Made by a program: the position numbers and the translations under genes
IMG/VR virus record: IMGVR_UViG_3300020042_006171
Span: 1-36,018 of that record
From: a virus
Taxonomy: Duplodnaviria; Caudoviricetes
Strand: one strand, 5' to 3'
DNA length: 36,018 nt
The notes under the pieces: generated by a model
Database searches by the model: none
Told to the model about the DNA's origin: nothing
What the model saw: only the letters and a program-made list of their open reading frames with translations
Part shown: piece after piece, positions 16,836-25,536 of the stretch
How positions within the stretch are numbered: position 1 is the first letter of the stretch
Layout of the letters: each line of letters starts with the position of its first letter

Positions 16836-19190
16836 TTAGCTTTTAATTCGTTCGTAGTATCGTTGTTTCCCGTAGGTCTTAAAGTTCTTTGTCGATAAGT
16901 GCGGCGTCCAGTCTGGTAGTACTCTAAGAATATCGTTTAACTCCTTAGTATTGTATCGACTTATCTCCTCCTTTGTTTTGCCCATACACTCGCACCAGAT
17001 TTCGGCCACACAAACAAAACGGCGGGAATTTTTGCCCGTTTGGCCCTCACTTCCGAGGTAGGCCCTGCGCTCGAATAGGTCTAGGCTCTCCCAGTTGTCG
17101 GGTAGTAGTGTATCTAGGTACTTAGTAATTATTCCGTATCTTTCATCGGTCTCAGAGTGGAGGGCTTGCTCGTGGCGTGCCAGTGCTTCCACCTCGTCCG
17201 ATAAATAGAGTAGCTCTCCAGCTTTTACCATTTGCATAGCTTCGGCCCAAATTTGCCCTACTTCGTCCTCCAGATCCTCAAAGACTGACTTTTTAACCTT
17301 ATCGCGTTTAACATCTACGGGCAAAAAGCGACGGTTTCCCGACGGATCGCGCAGAAAGTCCGAGTTGTTAGTAGTACCTACAAATATACACTGGCGTTTA
17401 AAGGTCTCAGTAGTACGCGCGTAGGCTGGCCTAAATTGGTCCTGTTGCTTTGTAATAAAGTGCTTAACGGCTTCGACTTCCGCCTTTCTAAGCCCTGCGA
17501 GTTCTGCTATTTCAATGATCCAAGCGCCTTGAATCTGTTCTAGGGCCTCCTTTCCGTGTACAGTCATAAATGTATCACTAAACCAGCTACGCCCTAGAGT
17601 ATTAAAAAACGTAGACTTTGCGCTCCCTTGGCTCGGGTCTACGAGTACGAGTACATAGTCAAATTTACAAGCTGGACGGAAAACTCTATTTACAGCCCCC
17701 GCTAAAACTTTCCGCATTACTTGGCGGGTGTATATCGTATCGTCTGCCCCGAAATAATCGCAGAGTAAAGCCTCTACGCGTTCCACCCCGTCCCAAACTA
17801 AGCCGCTCAGATATTCACGTATTGGGTGGAAACTATTCCTTTCTACCTCCAGAGTAAAGGAGTCCTCTATTTTCATTTGAGAACTGATTTTATAAATACA
17901 TTCTATGTAATTTCGGAGCCCTGAGTAGTCTACATTCTTTAGCGGTTCGGGCTCAGGCACTTTGCGCCACGGTACGGACTTACAAATATAGCGCTTTCCG
18001 TCGAACTCGTTCAGCTTAAAGGCATCCTTTAAAAAGCGATCCTTTTCGAGTATTAGGTTAATGTTTCCCGCAGTACTCAGATACTCGCCTTTCGCGTTAA
18101 TTTCTAGGGTCGCCATCCAGTCGATATCGCTCTGGTCTATTTCTACCTCGTCGCTAAACGTTTCCTTTGCGTCGTCGAAATTTTCGCGGGCTATCGTTTT
18201 GCGTACTTGCATATCCTCGCGCGCTAGCTCCTCCATTAAGGAAAAGGATTTTTTCCCGTTCTCGCCTTGGTCTAGGTGCCCGAATTTGTGCAACCTAACA
18301 AGGTCGAAAGCGTTACATAGTTTACCGCCTGCGGGGTCCGTCCCATGGTGGGAGTATGCGAAGGTATTCTCGTACAATACCAGACCGCAGGAGGTGCTCC
18401 CTTGCGTATAGGTGTAGCGTCCGTCTGTTGCTTCGGTATAGGTCTCTGGCAAATACTGGGCGATTGCGTCCTCTATCGAATAGGTTCTACAAAAAGCCCC
18501 GACGATTCCTTTTTTAAAGTGCGGGTCCTCCTGTTTAGTTGCTGCGTCTCCTATTTCTCTGATTTTACGGTCTGCGGTAGGCCAGAGACTCGTATCTTTC
18601 CAGTCTTTATATGTTGCCAGTACTTCGTCCACGCTTAGGATAGCCCCCTTTTGCTCGTCGCAGTAGAAAACTACGTCTTTAGGGTGCGAGGGCCAAAACA
18701 TTAGGCGGTTAACCTCAAAAGTGGTATTATCGAATTGCTCGATACCTAAGTCGCCCGCTATTTTCCGAGAGACTGCGCTATATTCGTCCGCAGAGGCTCC
18801 GCGGTCCAAAGGAATTAAAAGCCTATATCTGGGCTCCTGCGCACTGTGTTTGTGCGTGGCATGAATAAAGGCCGCATTGTCGAACATTAAACAGAACGTA
18901 TCGAAAAAATCCGTTTCGGCGAAGTCGACGTCTAAAGTTAAAACGCAGCGCTCCACTACATTGTCGGGGCTCCGTTTACCGTTACGCAAATAGCCCCCAA
19001 CGTATCCGCCGACGTCCTTAATTTCGCTTTGGTCCGCCTTGCTAGCCTGCAAAAACTCGCGCAAAGTTTCGCGGGTCTGTGTGCTTTGGCGTAGCTGGAG
19101 ACAGAACTCGCTCCAGAGTAAAGTCGTATTTTTCCACAGCTTAGACTTTGCCGACTTCCCGACTGCTAAAGAAATTTTTACATCTTGCAT
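16836..19190 (-). CDS. Primase-helicase (prim-pol-like N-terminus plus VapE/VirE P-loop domain)
   Basis: N-terminal LDVD, THKH and PRYRL motifs; C-terminal FHPIREYL, QGSAKST, IIEIAEL, FVGTTN and GNRRF. Confidence 0.88.
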   Translation of the reverse strand: MQDVKISLAVGKSAKSKLWKNTTLLWSEFCLQLRQSTQTRETLREFLQASKADQSEIKDVGGYVGGYLRNGKRSPDNVVERCVLTLDVDFAETDFFDTFCLMFDNAAFIHATHKHSAQEPRYRLLIPLDRGASADEYSAVSRKIAGDLGIEQFDNTTFEVNRLMFWPSHPKDVVFYCDEQKGAILSVDEVLATYKDWKDTSLWPTADRKIREIGDAATKQEDPHFKKGIVGAFCRTYSIEDAIAQYLPETYTEATDGRYTYTQGSTSCGLVLYENTFAYSHHGTDPAGGKLCNAFDLVRLHKFGHLDQGENGKKSFSLMEELAREDMQVRKTIARENFDDAKETFSDEVEIDQSDIDWMATLEINAKGEYLSTAGNINLILEKDRFLKDAFKLNEFDGKRYICKSVPWRKVPEPEPLKNVDYSGLRNYIECIYKISSQMKIEDSFTLEVERNSFHPIREYLSGLVWDGVERVEALLCDYFGADDTIYTRQVMRKVLAGAVNRVFRPACKFDYVLVLVDPSQGSAKSTFFNTLGRSWFSDTFMTVHGKEALEQIQGAWIIEIAELAGLRKAEVEAVKHFITKQQDQFRPAYARTTETFKRQCIFVGTTNNSDFLRDPSGNRRFLPVDVKRDKVKKSVFEDLEDEVGQIWAEAMQMVKAGELLYLSDEVEALARHEQALHSETDERYGIITKYLDTLLPDNWESLDLFERRAYLGSEGQTGKNSRRFVCVAEIWCECMGKTKEEISRYNTKELNDILRVLPDWTPHLSTKNFKTYGKQRYYERIKS

Positions 19191-19336
19191 TTGAGGCGGT
19201 ATTTTTTAAGCGTTTCGCGCATTTCGTCCGTGCACTCTTTTAGATATTTCGCTGGAACTCTGAAAGCTCGCACCTTATAGGGTACCGCTTTAGGTCCTGA
19301 GTTTTTGCGACTTCCGCCGCTGCCTTTTCCGCCCAT
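19178..19336 (-). CDS. 52-aa basic putative DNA-binding protein (not in ORF track)
   Basis: Translates as MGGKGSGGSRKNSGPKAVPYKVRAFRVPAKYLKECTDEMRETLKKYRLKCKM. It has an A-rich leader, its own promoter, and overlaps the primase start. Confidence 0.7.
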   Translation of the reverse strand: MGGKGSGGSRKNSGPKAVPYKVRAFRVPAKYLKECTDEMRETLKKYRLKCKM

Positions 19337-19359
19337 AGTTTTAAAGTTTGTTTGTTTTG

Positions 19360-19400
19360 CAAATATAGTTTTTAATTTGAATTAAATACTAATTATTCAA
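19360..19400 (-). promoter_or_regulatory. Class II promoter (-7 TATATTTG) with 24-bp palindromic operator
   Basis: On the + strand, CAAATATA at 19360-19367 and TTGAATTAA-ATACTA-ATTATTCAA at 19377-19400. Confidence 0.75.
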
Positions 19401-19407
19401 ATAGTTT

Positions 19408-21342
19408 TTAATCTTTTTTATAAAAGGCGCACGTATAGCCGTCAGCCGAAAGGGGTAGCCCTTTAGCCCAGTCTGGCGCCTCGGCCATTAGCTCGAGGAG
19501 TTTATCGTACTCTTTAGTCGTTACGACCTCGGCCACTACTTCGTCGTGTACGTGCATAACTATATCGAAACCCTCGGCGCTAATTTTCTGCATACTGTAG
19601 AGGAGTAAATCCCTAGAAACGGCTTGTACTATGTTCTCAGTCAATTTGCCCCCGTAGGTATCGATCCAAGTCCACTGTTTAGTCAAAGTATCCACGCCCT
19701 TATATCTTATCGACTCCTTGCCGAAACGGTTAGTACTTAGCTGGGCGTTCCAGTATATTAGCTTTCTACCGCTCGGGAGTTCTATCTGCATACTCTGGGA
19801 GTTGGCCGAGAACGTAACGCCCGACGGGTGCTTTATTGTTTTACGGTAGCGGACAGCATCCAGCGCCATATCGTTATACGAGTACCATAGTTTCGTTATT
19901 TTCTGGTTAGCTGCTCGCCACTTGTTAACGATTAAGTCCATATCCGCCTCAGAAAGGCCCATTTTCTCGCCCCCCATAGTTTTGAGCGCTCCAGTGGATC
20001 CTTGATAACCGAGAGCCAGCTCCGCGACTTTGCCCTTTTGTCTCAGGTCCGAGCCCTTGCCTATGCTTTCCAGAGGTACGTTGAACATCTTAGAGGCCGA
20101 AGCCTCGTAGATTTTCCCGTGCGTAGCGAAAACCTCCAGACGCCACTCCTCCCCAGCCAGCCACGCGATAACGCGGGCCTCTATGGCGGAGTAGTCAGCT
20201 ACCGCAAAGCGTTTGCCCTTGCTCGGTATTATCGCCGTCCTAATAAGCTGGGAAAGCGTATCCGAAACGTCGAAACACAGTGCGAAGTCCTCGGGAGATA
20301 GTGCCTTTAATAGTTCGCGGGCAGTATCGAGGTCCTTAATATAGTTACGGGGTAGGTTTTGCAGTTGTATAAGTCTACCGCTCCAGCGTCCAGTACGTCC
20401 TGCTCCGTAGAACTGAAATAACCCGCGGGCTCTTCCGTCCTCTCCTCTACAGGCTTTCATCGCGTCGTATTTTTTAATGGAGGTTTTGCCCGTTTTCTGC
20501 CTAATTTGCAGGACTTCCCTAACAATCTGGCTACTTGTCTCTTTAAGTAGTGCCTCGGTAGAGTCTTTAGTAAGCGATTGAATTTTAAGCCCTGTGAGAT
20601 CTCCTAGCCACGCTTTAAGCTGCGCCAAACTGTTAGGGTTTGAAAGTCCCGTTATTTCTTTTATACGTCTTTTTAATATTTCAGTGTTAACCGTATCCGC
20701 AAGGATAGCACTCTCTGCCATATCGAGGTCGATACTTACGCCCCTGTCGTTTATTCTTTGGTCTAATTGATACGCTAGGACCTCGCTCTCTGGTATCTTA
20801 TAGCCTGCGAGTAGCGCCATTATTTCGCGCTCTGCCTCTACGTCGTTTATACAATACGTTTTGAACTGGTCCCACTTCTCGGCGTTATCGTCTGGCGTGT
20901 TTCTGGTCCTGCCTCCGTTCGTTGCGGTTGCTTTTACAGGCATACAGAAATATCTAATTAAAGCCGAACCCGTGGAAAGTTTCCCTTTCTCTCCCAGCTC
21001 TAGCGCTTTAGTGATAGCTGCCAAACCCATAGGCAGACCGCAGTACGCAGCTTTAACAGCCGAACAACGCCACTCCTCAATCGGCCGCCCGTGGCCTATA
21101 GCCTCAAAACAAACGCGCTCAAAGGCTGCATTGTGTGCAACCTTAATAACTTCGGGGTGCTCGTACATCTTAAAAAATACGTCGGGGAGGTCCTTAAAGG
21201 CGTAACACTTAACGGGGTCCTTTCCGTAGGCATAGGCAACCATTAGGACCTCGAAATCTGGAGACGCTGCGTATTTATAAACGCCCTCAGTTTTAAGGTC
21301 TACGGAGCTAAAAGTCTCGATATCTAGGTGTAAAACGTTCAT
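19408..21342 (-). CDS. polA: DNA polymerase family A with 3'-5' exonuclease domain
   Basis: Exo motifs DIETFS, HNAAFE and YCINDV; TGRWSG..QLQNLP; motif A DYSAIEAR; motif B RQKGKVAELALGY; motif C HVHDE. Confidence 0.95.
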   Translation of the reverse strand: MNVLHLDIETFSSVDLKTEGVYKYAASPDFEVLMVAYAYGKDPVKCYAFKDLPDVFFKMYEHPEVIKVAHNAAFERVCFEAIGHGRPIEEWRCSAVKAAYCGLPMGLAAITKALELGEKGKLSTGSALIRYFCMPVKATATNGGRTRNTPDDNAEKWDQFKTYCINDVEAEREIMALLAGYKIPESEVLAYQLDQRINDRGVSIDLDMAESAILADTVNTEILKRRIKEITGLSNPNSLAQLKAWLGDLTGLKIQSLTKDSTEALLKETSSQIVREVLQIRQKTGKTSIKKYDAMKACRGEDGRARGLFQFYGAGRTGRWSGRLIQLQNLPRNYIKDLDTARELLKALSPEDFALCFDVSDTLSQLIRTAIIPSKGKRFAVADYSAIEARVIAWLAGEEWRLEVFATHGKIYEASASKMFNVPLESIGKGSDLRQKGKVAELALGYQGSTGALKTMGGEKMGLSEADMDLIVNKWRAANQKITKLWYSYNDMALDAVRYRKTIKHPSGVTFSANSQSMQIELPSGRKLIYWNAQLSTNRFGKESIRYKGVDTLTKQWTWIDTYGGKLTENIVQAVSRDLLLYSMQKISAEGFDIVMHVHDEVVAEVVTTKEYDKLLELMAEAPDWAKGLPLSADGYTCAFYKKD

Positions 21343-21361
21343 ATTTTTTAGTTTTTAACCC

Positions 21362-21385
21362 AAAAAAAGCGCCACCCGTCGGCGC
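21362..21385 (-). terminator. Probable weak terminator between ssb and polA
   Basis: GCGCC stem with 7-nt loop, followed on the minus strand by T7. Confidence 0.5.
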
Positions 21386-21412
21386 GCTTCTTTTGTTCGT
21401 CTCACCGAAATT

Positions 21413-21937
21413 TTAGATAAAATCGTCGTCGAAGTCTGCCTCTGCGAGCGCTTCGGTATATTGACCTCCTAAGCTCTCGCCGTCGTTTGTCTTTTGGACT
21501 GCATTAAGTCCCGCAGCTATCCCCTTACTTCCGTTTGAGTTATACGCGTAGAAATTTACAGAAACACGCCCGTAGCATCCAGAGTAGACAGCCCTAGCGT
21601 CCAAAACTACCGCTTTGTTTTCGTCTAGTACTATCGGTCTTTGTCTTGCCGAAGCATTAAAGAACATATGACCCGCAAACTCTGGCGCGTCTTTCTCAGT
21701 ATCCCCGTCTCTCAAAGGAGTTTTAAGCCCTTTGTCTTTTCCCGCGAACTTTGAAGCCTTGCCCTCTTGGATAGCTTCCGCGATTCCTTTCTCGAGTGCC
21801 TCGATAGTTTTCTTATCGGTTTTAGGAATAAGAACGCAAACGCTAAATTTTGCCTCTCCTCCGTCCTGTGAAGCTCTCGCCTCGAATAGGTTCGCGTAGC
21901 TTAGACGCGCTTCCCCTGTTACAACTTTTACAGCCAT
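21413..21937 (-). CDS. ssDNA-binding protein (DUF2815 / gp2.5-like)
   Basis: RLSYANLF, PLRDGD, VYSGCY.R, GL..VQK..DGE motifs and acidic tail DFDDDFI. Confidence 0.9.
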   Translation of the reverse strand: MAVKVVTGEARLSYANLFEARASQDGGEAKFSVCVLIPKTDKKTIEALEKGIAEAIQEGKASKFAGKDKGLKTPLRDGDTEKDAPEFAGHMFFNASARQRPIVLDENKAVVLDARAVYSGCYGRVSVNFYAYNSNGSKGIAAGLNAVQKTNDGESLGGQYTEALAEADFDDDFI

Positions 21938-21979
21938 TTTTTTGTCTTTTTAACTGATTAATAAATAAACTTTGTTTTG

Positions 21980-22020
21980 CAAATATAATCAACTTTTTGA
22001 ATTAAATACTATTTTTTCAA
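21980..22020 (-). promoter_or_regulatory. Class II promoter with 24-bp palindromic operator, upstream of ssb
   Basis: CAAATATA at 21980-21987 and TTGAATTAA-ATACTA-TTTTTTCAA at 21997-22020. Confidence 0.75.
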
Positions 22021-22027
22021 AAAATAA

Positions 22028-22600
22028 TTAATTTATTTTAAATACTCCTAATCTGTAAAGCTCCAGAACTATATCCGCCTCGTGCATCGCATCGTCTGCC
22101 CCTCTGTGCTTCTCGATATAGCCGACCTCTCCGAAAAAATGCAAATGCGCCTCCTCTACGGTCGGCCACTTATACCCCGCGTAGCCGTTTCGGTTTGGTA
22201 GCTTACAGATATCTGTCGATAATTTCATCGGACAGGCTAACTTTTTGGGAAAGGTAAAGCTGCGGTCCTCCATAAAGCCAAAGTCGAAAGTATTGTTAAA
22301 CGCCGTAGCTCCCTCGGGGTAGTCGTTTAGTATTTGCTGGATTTCTCGGGCGTACTCCTCCAGACTGTGCGCGCTTGCTATTTTGTTAGCGGTTAGATCT
22401 GAGTTTTTACAAATCCAACTATCGCGGAGTTCGGGCCACGTCGTACCGTGTTCGAGTACTACCTTATCGAATAGTACCTTTTTGGATCCTGCAGAAAGGT
22501 CCAGCTCTACTATTCCGATCTCTACAATATGGCCGCCCTTTTGCAAAAAGCCCGTAGTCTCTAGGTCTATTATTAATATCTTATTTTTGTTCATCTTCAA
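22028..22600 (-). CDS. DEDDh 3'-5' exonuclease (DnaQ-like)
   Basis: DLETTG, AFNNTFD and HRGADDA motifs. Confidence 0.88.
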   Translation of the reverse strand: MKMNKNKILIIDLETTGFLQKGGHIVEIGIVELDLSAGSKKVLFDKVVLEHGTTWPELRDSWICKNSDLTANKIASAHSLEEYAREIQQILNDYPEGATAFNNTFDFGFMEDRSFTFPKKLACPMKLSTDICKLPNRNGYAGYKWPTVEEAHLHFFGEVGYIEKHRGADDAMHEADIVLELYRLGVFKIN

Positions 22601-22985
22601 ATTGTTTAAAAAAGCGGTCTATCGCTTGTATGTTTAATCTGTGTTTCATATCTGCCTCTTTTACCGCTGAAATTCGGGCCTCTTTAGTGGTCCTAAAAAT
22701 ATGCTCGCAAGTTAAAGAGACCCTATCTTTTAATTCGTTAGGGACGTAAGTCTCGCCCTCGTTCTTTTCGATTAGCTCTTTAGGTAGCTCGATTTTGTAG
22801 ATATATTCGGGGTTACTCGCTGGAGGTAACTCTACCCCGACAATTGTACACTGGTGCATAGTGCCCCCGCTTTGTATAAAAACTCTCTCCCGCATTTCGA
22901 AGCGTTTCTCATTTCGAAGCGTTCCCGCAAAGGCGACCGTTCCCGAGTGTGTGGGGTAGGTTTGTATTTTTACTATTCTTTGCAT
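22581..22985 (-). CDS. Hypothetical protein
   Basis: 134 aa, packed within the operon. Confidence 0.6.
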   Translation of the reverse strand: MQRIVKIQTYPTHSGTVAFAGTLRNEKRFEMRERVFIQSGGTMHQCTIVGVELPPASNPEYIYKIELPKELIEKNEGETYVPNELKDRVSLTCEHIFRTTKEARISAVKEADMKHRLNIQAIDRFFKQFEDEQK

Positions 22986-22987
22986 AA

Positions 22988-23275
22988 CTAAAACAGTTTA
23001 GGTGTAAATCGTTTTTTGTACTCTTCGACGGCCTCGTCTGCCCAGTTTTTAGCGCTGGCCTTTTCGCGGGAGTTATCGCTTCGGGTGTAAGCCGTGAACG
23101 TATCCGCCCAAAGTTTGCGCACTTCGTTATTAAAAGCCTCGGTCTTTTCGTCCAGTAGTTGCTCTACCACGTTCGATACTCTGTCCTTGGTTCGTCTATC
23201 TAAGCCCTCCGCCGCTTTAAAGGCGGCCTCGAGGGCTATTTGTGTATCTACTCTATTTATTTTCGGTTGCTCCAT
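22988..23275 (-). CDS. Hypothetical protein
   Basis: 95 aa, helical composition, packed within the operon. Confidence 0.62.
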   Translation of the reverse strand: MEQPKINRVDTQIALEAAFKAAEGLDRRTKDRVSNVVEQLLDEKTEAFNNEVRKLWADTFTAYTRSDNSREKASAKNWADEAVEEYKKRFTPKLF

Positions 23276-23286
23276 TTTATCAATTT

Positions 23287-24468
23287 TTAATCAAAATCAC
23301 TTATTAAACTTATTTCTGCCCGTTTGTCCGAGCTATCCACTAGGGTAGGCTTTCCCGCAGGCTTTACTACTAAGTCGCCCAGTACTGCCTCAAAGCCAGC
23401 CTTTCCGAGTAACTTCTCGAGGGCTCCGATTCCTACCAGTTTGGAGCTCAGGATATCCGCGTCGGCGTATCCGTCAGCTCTCAAAGCATTAACGGCTTTT
23501 GTCGCGTCCTCGATAGTTCGATTACTGCGGCCCTCTACCAGCTTTAACCCGTCCCACTTTTTACCAGCTAAGGCCTCGGAGTACAAGAACTCGCCCAGAC
23601 TGTTAAGCCAACGGCTCAGGCGGTCCGCTTTGGCGTATATCTCCAAAAGCTGGGCGTCTGTTAAAAGTCTCGGGTCCTGAAAGTCTAGGACTGCGAGCGC
23701 CTCGGTTTCTTTGGCAAGGGCTGAACAGCGTATTTTTGCCTTACAGAACCCGCACCAGCTACCCGTCTGGAGCTCTCCTTTGCCCTCATGGGCTTCTAAG
23801 GCTTTCGGCTTTACATAGTCGCGGCCCCATTCGATAAGCTCGTGCGCTGGAATTTCGAACACGCTAACCGCATCGAGGCGGGGCTGGTGTATGTGCATAC
23901 GAATTACTTCAATATCGTACATAAACGCGTAGGCCTCCAGAGTTCCCAAAGCGTAGAGCTTTAGCTGAGAATTATCTACCGCCGAAACGCGCACGCCTTT
24001 ACCGTATTTCAAGTCGATAACGTCTAGGACCTTATTAGCTACGATAGCATTATCCACCGTACCAAATCCCGCGGGAATGTATGCGGTTAAGTCTACCTTT
24101 ATCTCTGTCTCGATTATCGCCGCACTGTCCGAAGCCTTAGCCACTGCATAGGCCTCTGTTACATAGTCGCAATACTGATCCGTGTACGCCTCCATTTCGT
24201 CAAGGTAAAGCTCATGTTTACGCGCCTCGTCCAGACGAAGCTCTAAAAGTTTGTTTAGTGTTCGGGTCTGTGTGTGGTGTTCTCTGAGTCTTAGCTTAAT
24301 TTCTGCGATCTCGTGCGCCAGAGTTCCCTCCTCTGCAAAGACTGAGCTCGTATCTGGGAAGCTATCCTCCAGAGAGGCCGACGGCGTGCAATTAAGCCAA
24401 CGCGAAGAGCCAGAGGCAGAGAGGCGCGCGTGCGCCCTCTGTCCGTGGTCTATGTTTTTGGCCTCCAT
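23287..24468 (-). CDS. DUF2800 Cas4-like PD-(D/E)xK nuclease
   Basis: HARLSAS...RWLNC, EGTLAH, GFGTVD, IDLKYG, QLKLYALG and WCGFC...C. Confidence 0.88.
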   Translation of the reverse strand: MEAKNIDHGQRAHARLSASGSSRWLNCTPSASLEDSFPDTSSVFAEEGTLAHEIAEIKLRLREHHTQTRTLNKLLELRLDEARKHELYLDEMEAYTDQYCDYVTEAYAVAKASDSAAIIETEIKVDLTAYIPAGFGTVDNAIVANKVLDVIDLKYGKGVRVSAVDNSQLKLYALGTLEAYAFMYDIEVIRMHIHQPRLDAVSVFEIPAHELIEWGRDYVKPKALEAHEGKGELQTGSWCGFCKAKIRCSALAKETEALAVLDFQDPRLLTDAQLLEIYAKADRLSRWLNSLGEFLYSEALAGKKWDGLKLVEGRSNRTIEDATKAVNALRADGYADADILSSKLVGIGALEKLLGKAGFEAVLGDLVVKPAGKPTLVDSSDKRAEISLISDFD

Positions 24469-24908
24469 TAAGAAATTGACTTAATATAAGTATAAAACGC
24501 TCCGAAGTCTTTCGGGTCTAAGGTGCTAACGCTTGCCACTCCGAACTCTGCCAGCTTTGCCTTTATTTTGTCGGCGTTTGATCTGTCTAACTTGACAAGG
24601 GCGCCCACGGATCCGCGAAGAGTTTCGAGATCTACGGCGCTAGCCTCTTCGGTTTCTACCTCTTCGGTTGTTTGGTCCTCCTGTGTTTCTACTTCGGGAG
24701 TCTCTTCGATAGGCACTACAGGAGCCGCTTTTTTAATAGGTCCTTTTTTCGGTTTCTCTTCCGTTACGATATTAATAACAGGAGCCGCCAGTACGCCCGT
24801 AGGTGTTGCGGTTGTTTGTCCGCCTAGTGCGGCCATAAATTGTGCAAGGGCTTGCACGTGTTCGGCGTTACATACGTCGATTGATATCGAAATGTTCATT
24901 AGTTTCAT
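24468..24908 (-). CDS. Phage protein with acidic linker and small helical C-terminal domain, typical partner upstream of DUF2800
   Basis: C-terminal LETLR...K..LAEFGVASVSTLDPKDF pattern. Start moved to ATG 24908 because the track extension is occupied by a separate microprotein ORF. Confidence 0.65.
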   Translation of the reverse strand: MKLMNISISIDVCNAEHVQALAQFMAALGGQTTATPTGVLAAPVINIVTEEKPKKGPIKKAAPVVPIEETPEVETQEDQTTEEVETEEASAVDLETLRGSVGALVKLDRSNADKIKAKLAEFGVASVSTLDPKDFGAFYTYIKSIS

Positions 24909-24922
24909 GATTATATTTGTAT

Positions 24923-25012
24923 TTATTGGTTTATTATAAAAAATAGGTGTAAAGCGTAGGCGTAAAAAAAGCCGAGCCAAAAGCCTACTAAAAGATAGTT
25001 GTATTTTTTCAT
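24923..25012 (-). CDS. 29-aa single-TM microprotein (not in ORF track)
   Basis: Translates as MKKYNYLLVGFWLGFFYAYALHLFFIINQ; ATGA overlap with the upstream gene's stop. Confidence 0.6.
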   Translation of the reverse strand: MKKYNYLLVGFWLGFFYAYALHLFFIINQ

Positions 25013-25227
25013 GGCTGAGAGTCGTATAGGCGTTCATAATCTAAACGCTGACGGCCCTCGAGCTCCTCGGTTAGGTTCCAGTCCATAGCTTCGCGGAACG
25101 TGTGGAACCGTTGCGGGGAACTTGGTCGCTTTTCCTTTGATAAGGATATAATAAAGAGTATTGTCGCCAGTAAAGCGAGGCAGACGCTTAGGTGTATCGC
25201 CGCCTTTTGTTGGGTTGTTTTTTTCAT
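25009..25227 (-). CDS. Single-pass membrane protein (72 aa)
   Basis: MKKTTQQK then AAIHLSVCLALLATILFIISL. Start moved to ATG 25227, downstream of the promoter. Confidence 0.65.
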   Translation of the reverse strand: MKKTTQQKAAIHLSVCLALLATILFIISLSKEKRPSSPQRFHTFREAMDWNLTEELEGRQRLDYERLYDSQP

Positions 25228-25257
25228 CTTATTTCTGAGTTTAAAATGTTTGTTTTG

Positions 25258-25298
25258 CAAATATAGTTTTTATTTTGAATTAACTACTATTAATTCAA
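25258..25298 (-). promoter_or_regulatory. Class II promoter with perfect-arm palindromic operator
   Basis: CAAATATA at 25258-25265 and TTGAATTAA-CTACTA-TTAATTCAA at 25275-25298. Confidence 0.78.
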
Positions 25299-25308
25299 AT
25301 ATTTATTT

Positions 25309-25536
25309 TTAGGCGCGAACTTTAAAAGTCGGCGCCATTGAATAAGAACCTAATAGGAGGGCGTACTCCTCGCCTCTAAAGATCTTCACTTTTTTACGAA
25401 CTATTTCGCCGTCAATTAAAGCGGTAATAAAAGAACCTTTTCGAGTTAAAACTTTTGCGGTCCAAATGCAGTTACTATCGCAAATTGAACGAGCGACTAG
25501 AGTAGATCCTGCTAAAATTGTGTTTAAATTTTCCAT
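25309..25536 (-). CDS. Hypothetical early protein (75 aa)
   Basis: First gene behind a class I promoter; start moved to ATG 25536 (MENLNT...). Confidence 0.68.
   Translation of the reverse strand: MENLNTILAGSTLVARSICDSNCIWTAKVLTRKGSFITALIDGEIVRKKVKIFRGEEYALLLGSYSMAPTFKVRA

Noticed and set aside
23287-24468. Cas4-like nuclease as part of a CRISPR system
   Set aside because: It is a DUF2800 protein in its usual SSB/PolA replication context; no array or other cas genes are present.
24912-24919. Plus-strand TATATTTG as an antisense promoter
   Set aside because: No TTG at 19-21 nt spacing and no TTCAA half-site; it is better explained as the A-rich leader of the minus-strand gene starting at 24908.
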